Assembly: GCA_019057385.1 (NCBI GenBank)
Contig: JAHQJS010000006.1
Span: forward strand, 352,001-416,000
Direction: 5' to 3'
Origin: Candidatus Borrarchaeum weybense
Lineage (GTDB): Archaea > Asgardarchaeota > Sifarchaeia > Borrarchaeales > Borrarchaeaceae
Length of the DNA stretch: 64,000 nt
Every line of letters starts with the position of its first letter. Positions within the stretch are counted from its first letter, which is position 1. Made by a program: the position numbers and the translations under genes. Under the pieces are notes generated by a model, which was not told the DNA's origin, did not search any database, and saw only the letters and a list, made by a program, of their open reading frames with translations. Positions 58,393 to 64,000 of this stretch are shown piece by piece.

Positions 58393-60477
58393 GTGTCGGA
58401 ATCTAAAAATATCATCAAAGCTTCAGTCGTCAAATTCCTTGGTCATTTACAGGAGCAAAAAGGTTCTTTAGAAACTGAATTGTCAAACATGCTAGAGGAG
58501 ATGCGTCTCAATTCTGTTTCTGTCTCAAAGAGAAATTATGATGTATCAGACGTTAATCAGATCGTTCGAGAAATTAACACGGCAATGGTAGATTATTTTA
58601 AGAAAACGTATAGTTCCATCTCCGTGGACGCAAGCCGAAGAATCCGTAGCGTCATTGAGGACATAGTCCGCGTCGTGGGTGGAGAATTAGGAGAATCTGA
58701 CATTAATGAAATCATACAAAAGATTGAATCATTTGAATCACAAGCATTGATGGCTCAGGAGATGGCAGGTAAGGCTGAAGTATTACAAGGCACATTAGCA
58801 GAGAGAGAGGCGGAAATAGAACAGCTAAATGAATTAGTAAGAACAGAACGTTCGAAAAATGAAGAAATAACAAAAGAATTGACTGAAAAAACCGAAAAAC
58901 TCACGCAATTAGAAGAAGAAAATAAAAAATATGCAGAACAAATCGAAAGCGGTGAGATGGTCTCTGCAGCTAAAATAGAAGAACTTGAAACAACGATTGG
59001 TGATCAGGAGAAAAAAATCGAAGAAATAGAACAAAATTACTATTCAAAAATTGAAGAAGTCAACGAAAAACAAGAAAAAGTTGATGAAATAACACGAGAA
59101 CTTGAAAAATCAAAGGAAGAATATGAGAGTACTATCGAAGACCTCGGAAATCAAATGATGGGTCATGTAAGTAATGTTGAGGAATTGCAAACGGTCTTAT
59201 CTGGTAAAGAAGAAGAGTTAGAAAATCTAAAGGGTGAGCTGGAGAATCTCAAAAAAGAAGCAGATCTATTGCGCGTGAAAGCTGAAGAAGAGCAAAAGAA
59301 AACAATTGACGACTTAACCTCAAAACTTAATCTTGCTAATACGGAACTAAGTACTTTAAAAGACGAATTAGCCGCAAAGGAATCACATATCAATGATCTA
59401 AACTCTCAATTACACACAAGTGATACTCAGATTGCGTCAAATTCAGAAAAGATAGAAGCTTTAACATCACAGAACAAAGAATTTGAAGACGAGATTCGAT
59501 CACAAAAAGAAATGAATAGAAACTTAGAACTTCAGACAATGGATTTAAACGCTGAGATTGAGCGTCTGAGGGGCGAGATTTTCCGTTTAGAAGGTGAAAC
59601 TGGGTCTCTTCAAGAAAATCTTCGAGAATATGCTTCAAATATCAATGAAAAAGAGACGCAGATTCAAGAACTGACATCTCAAATCGAGCAACAAAACGAG
59701 GAATTAGAGGATCAGAAAAAACAAAATAGTTATCTAACAGAGCAGTATGAAACCTCAATTGCCAAGTATAAAACAATACTTCAACAACAAAATCAGAAAA
59801 TAGCAGAAGTTCATGAACAATTACGGGAAAAAGATAAGGTAGCACTAGAGTCGACTACAAAAGTTGATGATTTAGAAAACAAAATAAAAAGTTTAACTTC
59901 TGAAATAGAAGACAAGTCATCGCGTATAGAATCCTTAAATGATAAAGTTGAAGAACAACAACGTTCGTACAATGAACTCTCTGAGATATTATCCAATGAA
60001 CGTACAAAAATTGTTCAATTAGAAGACGAGTTATCAGCGCCTCGTACCCTAATCTCGAACCTTCAGACTGAGGTTGAACTTGTACGAAATGAAAGTAGAC
60101 ATTACCAAGAACTTAACGAAGGCTATGAAAAAGATTATGAAAGAATTAAAGCTAGATTTGAGGCATTAAATCAGAGAGCGACGCTCTTTAGGGAACGTTT
60201 GGAATCCGATCCGAAGTATAAAATATTGTTCATGCTTGAGGAGATTAAAGGCGGGGGCGGTCTTGGGCTTGATGAAATTAGGTTAGCTATTGGCGAACCG
60301 CCTGCCCTTGTGCGAAGGTTATCTATGGAGCTCGAGACAGAAGGACTAGTGTTGATGGAGACTGTAGATGGTAAGACCAGAGTTAAACCGACACCGAAAG
60401 CCGTAGAACTTGTTGTCGAAATTGAAGAAGAGGAAGAGAAGAAAGAAAGCGATGAGAACGCTGAAAACACCGAATAA
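58393..60477 (+). CDS. Long coiled-coil protein with C-terminal winged-helix domain
   Basis: About 480 aa of heptad-rich E/K/Q/L sequence, no Walker motifs, C-terminal DPKYKILFML...VRRLSMELETEGLV. Confidence 0.8.
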   Translation: MSESKNIIKASVVKFLGHLQEQKGSLETELSNMLEEMRLNSVSVSKRNYDVSDVNQIVREINTAMVDYFKKTYSSISVDASRRIRSVIEDIVRVVGGELGESDINEIIQKIESFESQALMAQEMAGKAEVLQGTLAEREAEIEQLNELVRTERSKNEEITKELTEKTEKLTQLEEENKKYAEQIESGEMVSAAKIEELETTIGDQEKKIEEIEQNYYSKIEEVNEKQEKVDEITRELEKSKEEYESTIEDLGNQMMGHVSNVEELQTVLSGKEEELENLKGELENLKKEADLLRVKAEEEQKKTIDDLTSKLNLANTELSTLKDELAAKESHINDLNSQLHTSDTQIASNSEKIEALTSQNKEFEDEIRSQKEMNRNLELQTMDLNAEIERLRGEIFRLEGETGSLQENLREYASNINEKETQIQELTSQIEQQNEELEDQKKQNSYLTEQYETSIAKYKTILQQQNQKIAEVHEQLREKDKVALESTTKVDDLENKIKSLTSEIEDKSSRIESLNDKVEEQQRSYNELSEILSNERTKIVQLEDELSAPRTLISNLQTEVELVRNESRHYQELNEGYEKDYERIKARFEALNQRATLFRERLESDPKYKILFMLEEIKGGGGLGLDEIRLAIGEPPALVRRLSMELETEGLVLMETVDGKTRVKPTPKAVELVVEIEEEEEKKESDENAENTE

Positions 60478-60741
60478 ACTATTAATAGCTTCCACCTTTT
60501 TATCATTGACTTCTTTGCATTCATTATCTACTTCGCTTTATTGAATGGAGTAGAAATAATGCAACTTTAGGAATTGTTTAGCAAATACCTATTCGGTTAT
60601 TTTAAAAAACCTGAGCCTCCAGGTTACCTTATATACCTTATAGGTATTATAACGTTGCCATAGTGTATCCTATTAGAATAATCAATGAGCCTATGACGCA
60701 CTCAAACTCTATCATATGAAAGTGATTACGGAGGGTAAAAA

Positions 60742-61719
60742 ATGACTCGTAATTCAAAAAAACCTTTTACTTATGGTGTTGACCTAGGAGGCACGAAAAT
60801 TGAAACGGTATTGGTCGATGCTACCGGTTTTGTTTTATCTAGAGAGCGACATCCAACGAATCTAGAAAAAGGAGCAAAGGGCGTTATTAATGATATTGTA
60901 GATTGTGTAAAGAACTGTTTGATAGATACAGAGATAAAAGGAGAAGCCTTAGGTATTGGAATAGCAGGTCAGGTAGACCCATCAACAGGAACCGTCATTT
61001 TTGGCACAAATCTTGGCTGGCGTAATGTACCTATACGATCAGAACTTGAAAAAGCCTTAGGAATCCCAATCGTGGTTACCAATGACGTTCGCGCCGCAAT
61101 GTGGGGAGAATGGATGCATGGAGCCGGTAAAGGAGTGAACAACTTTGTTGTTATTTTCGTTGGTACAGGCATTGGTGGAGGTATCGTCAGTGATGGACGT
61201 GTAATAAAAGGATGTACAGGTATAGCTGGAGAATTAGGGCATAGGACAATTGTTGTCGACGGAAGAAAATGCCATTGTCCCAATTATGGCTGTCTAGAAG
61301 CATATGCAGGTGGTTGGGCCATCGCTGAACGAGCACAAGAAGCAGTTAGAGCAGATCTACAAGCAGGCAAAATGTTAATTGAACTTGCTGGCAGTATTGA
61401 TAAGGTTACTGCAGTTCACGTAATTCAGGCTTACAATAATGACGACCTTCTATCCCGACGTCTAATGAAAGAAACAATCCATTACTTGGGTTCGGGTGTT
61501 GTAGGTATTGTTAATGCTTTTAATCCATGCGTTTTGATTTTGGGTGGGGGAATTATTGAAGGCTTTCCGGAATTGATCGAAGTTGTGGAGCAGATTGTTC
61601 GTAAATATGCGCTTGAGGCGTCTGTTGAGCGGCTTAAAATAGTTAAAGCTGCTTTGGGTGGTGACGCAGGTGGCATTGGTGCGGCTGCTTTAGCTCGAAG
61701 TTTAGTGGGTGAGATATAG
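60742..61719 (+). CDS. ROK family sugar kinase (glucokinase-like)
   Basis: GVDLGGTK, NDV, GTGIGGG, GELGH, CHCPNYGCLE. Confidence 0.95.
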   Translation: MTRNSKKPFTYGVDLGGTKIETVLVDATGFVLSRERHPTNLEKGAKGVINDIVDCVKNCLIDTEIKGEALGIGIAGQVDPSTGTVIFGTNLGWRNVPIRSELEKALGIPIVVTNDVRAAMWGEWMHGAGKGVNNFVVIFVGTGIGGGIVSDGRVIKGCTGIAGELGHRTIVVDGRKCHCPNYGCLEAYAGGWAIAERAQEAVRADLQAGKMLIELAGSIDKVTAVHVIQAYNNDDLLSRRLMKETIHYLGSGVVGIVNAFNPCVLILGGGIIEGFPELIEVVEQIVRKYALEASVERLKIVKAALGGDAGGIGAAALARSLVGEI

Positions 61720-61772
61720 CGGATTATATTTCTGTAGCGGATTTACGAATTCCTGTCGTTAATACTGCTGAA

Positions 61773-62455
61773 ATGCGCGAAGTTGATCGATTGATGATCG
61801 AAAAATATGGCATTCAACTTCTTCAGATGATGGAAAATGCTGGAAGAAATCTGGCAAAACTTGCACGAAGGTTTTTGGATGGATCTATCTCCGGAAAACA
61901 AATAATAGTTGTTGCAGGTAAAGGTAACAATAGGGGCGGAGGTTTGGTGGCGCAAAGCACCTCTACAATTGGGAGGCTCAGATAACAGTATTACTTCAAA
62001 CAGAAGAACTTAGAGGTATTCCTGAGCTGCAATGGAGCATTCTCAAGAAATTTCCTCTTGAAAAGAAAACCGCTGAACGTGCATTGAAATCCCTATCAAA
62101 TAATAAAGGTGATTTAATTCTTGATGCTGTGATCGGATATAGCCTTGCTGGTAATCCACGCGGATGGACCGCAAAAATGATTGAAAGAATAAATTTATTA
62201 TCTATTCCAATACTTGCATTAGATGTTCCTTCTGGATTGGATGCTACAACAGGAGAAATCTACAACCCATGTGTTCAAGCCGCAGCTACAATGACCTTAG
62301 CGTTACCAAAGACGGGTCTTGTGAAGCCAGATGTAAAACAAGTTGTGGGGTCACTATATCTCGCTGATATTAGCGTTCCAGATGTTTTATACGAAGAAAT
62401 GGGGATAAATGTCCCCCCATTGTTTCTTAATGATACTCTTATCAGGCTTAATTAG
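61773..62455 (+). pseudogene. nnrE: NAD(P)H-hydrate epimerase (YjeF N-terminal), frameshifted near 61952
   Basis: MREVDR, LMMENAG, GKGNNRG in one frame; HLYNW, DAVIGY, ALDVPSG, LADISVP in another. Confidence 0.85.
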
Positions 62456-62775
62456 TCGTTTATCTTAATGTGAAAGAAAACGACCCGATTACTCATCATG
62501 ATGGGTTTTGGAAGGAAATATAGCCAAAATACGACTTAATTTCACTTGGATTCTTATATGAAACACTATTCTCTTCTTTGGTTTCTTTAAATTGTCCTAT
62601 TGATAGATATGAAAACATTTATAATTCCAAATATTTCTCAGATTCACTACAATAGTGTTGTAGTTGACGATTGACAAGTTCTCCAAAAAATCTAAATATT
62701 TAACGCCATTTATAGACTAATTAAAAAGACTATCAATTTGTAGCTATTTTGTTCAACTATGGTGGGTAATTCGAA

Positions 62776-63270
62776 ATGGAAGATCAACCGTCCAAATGGA
62801 AGATCATTAAAAAAATATTCAAGAGAGGGGGAAAGCCGATTGCGCTACTTATCGATGGACCAAATATCTTACGCCGAGTTGCTGGAGACCAAGTCCGTTT
62901 AGAATATATTGAGGATGCGGCAAGGGAATTAGGTAAGATCCAAGTAGCAAAGGTTTTTCTTAATAGACACGCCCCAGAGAAGTTATTGCAAGCGATTTCA
63001 AACAGCGGATTTAATCCTGTGGTGGCCCTTGGAGATATCCATGTAGCAATGGCAATGGAGACTATGATTATATTAAATGAATCAAATGTTAAAACACTCA
63101 TTATCGCATCACGACATGCACGCGCAGCAATTTTGCTCCGCAAAGCTAAGGAACAAGGGTTAGAGACAGTCGCAATTGGCTTCGATCCTGGTTTTAGTAT
63201 AGCGCTCCAAAATACAGCAGACTATGTTTTCAAACTAAAAACACCGAAACATAAAGGTTCTAGTACCTGA
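62776..63270 (+). CDS. NYN domain protein (LabA/DUF88, TIGR00288-like)
   Basis: ALLIDGPNILR, KLLQAI, GFSIALQNTAD. Confidence 0.88.
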   Translation: MEDQPSKWKIIKKIFKRGGKPIALLIDGPNILRRVAGDQVRLEYIEDAARELGKIQVAKVFLNRHAPEKLLQAISNSGFNPVVALGDIHVAMAMETMIILNESNVKTLIIASRHARAAILLRKAKEQGLETVAIGFDPGFSIALQNTADYVFKLKTPKHKGSST

Positions 63271-63372
63271 GACGATATCAAAACGTTTGAAATGACGCCA
63301 TTTTTTAAGTTTCGAGAATTAGATACAAAAGATTAAGATATTTGTTGTCTTATGCAAATTGAGGCTTAAGAT

Positions 63373-64000
63373 GTGTGTCCCTCTTTAGATTCAACTTCTC
63401 AAAAATTCGATGTTTCAATTGTTGTGACAGCTTATAATGAAGAACGTTTGATTGAAAGAAGTATTTTATCCTCACTTCGACTTAAAGAATACAATAACGC
63501 TCGTTGTAAAATCATTTATGTGTGTGATATCGGAAGCGATACAACACATGAAATTGCAAAATATTATCGCGAACAATTGGATGTACTTTTGATACGAAAG
63601 GAACGAGGAGGAAAAGCATCCGCGCTGAGAGATGCCATGAAACACATTGAAGGCGATTATATCCTTTTTCTGGATGCAGATTGTTTGCCTCCTATTGATT
63701 TTGTAGATCGAATGCTTGCAGAACTTGATGATGATTTAATTGGAGTACAAGCTATCCCCGTGCCTACGAGTTCCAACCGCTTTGTAGAGTCATTTTCATC
63801 TATTGATGAAAGTTGGGGCTGTTTTTTACGTTATCTCTGGAGTCATTTAGAGGGAGCTGACTTTATTGGACGGTCTGCCTTGTTCAAGGCGGACATAATT
63901 CTAGATTTTGGCTGGAAAGATTACCTTTCAGAGGATTTAGAACTCTCTACACGACTAATATTAGGCGATAATAAAATTAAATATACAAATATCTTTGTTC
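63373..64000 (+). CDS. GT2 glycosyltransferase, runs off the 3' edge
   Basis: GTG start after GAGG; SIVVTAYNEE, GGKASAL, FLDADC, LSEDLEL. Confidence 0.88.
   Translation, partial: MCPSLDSTSQKFDVSIVVTAYNEERLIERSILSSLRLKEYNNARCKIIYVCDIGSDTTHEIAKYYREQLDVLLIRKERGGKASALRDAMKHIEGDYILFLDADCLPPIDFVDRMLAELDDDLIGVQAIPVPTSSNRFVESFSSIDESWGCFLRYLWSHLEGADFIGRSALFKADIILDFGWKDYLSEDLELSTRLILGDNKIKYTNIFV

Noticed and set aside
58393-60477. SMC/Rad50
   Set aside because: No Walker A/B, signature, hinge or zinc hook.

Overview
Archaeal chromosomal window, most consistent with an Asgard archaeon (inference from rpl15e-DUF54-rnp3-rnp2 order, L13e, proteasome beta, Rab-like and roadblock proteins, and UGA-selenocysteine use with a SECIS-like hairpin). 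Main content: (1) an RNase P/ribosomal operon interrupted at the 3' end of rnp3 by a 4.13-kb island (TnpB-like gene, membrane protein, Schlafen/AlbA_2 gene pair) bounded by a 7-bp direct repeat; (2) a 14-kb divergent C2-metabolism locus: a glyoxylate operon (gyaR, gcl, TIM-barrel isomerase, aminotransferase) opposite glcD-glcF-hdrA/mvhD-gcvH-hdrC-hdrB, where hdrA/mvhD reads as one 1161-aa frame through two in-frame UGA codons and is followed by a SECIS-like hairpin built on its own stop codon, and a lipoyl-carrier gene sits inside the Hdr cluster (best candidate for an undescribed system); (3) a candidate box C/D sRNA; (4) a 4-kb IS200/IS605 hotspot with an intact iscB plus omegaRNA, a second stand-alone omegaRNA with a different guide, two non-autonomous elements and a reconstructable disrupted host gene; (5) housekeeping and transport genes including an L13e-HhH-acidic fusion, an ABC importer with an asymmetric ATPase pair, an apparently propeptide-less proteasome beta subunit, and two pseudogenes. 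No tRNA, rRNA or CRISPR array was recognised. All calls are by motif recognition by eye; no database searches were run.
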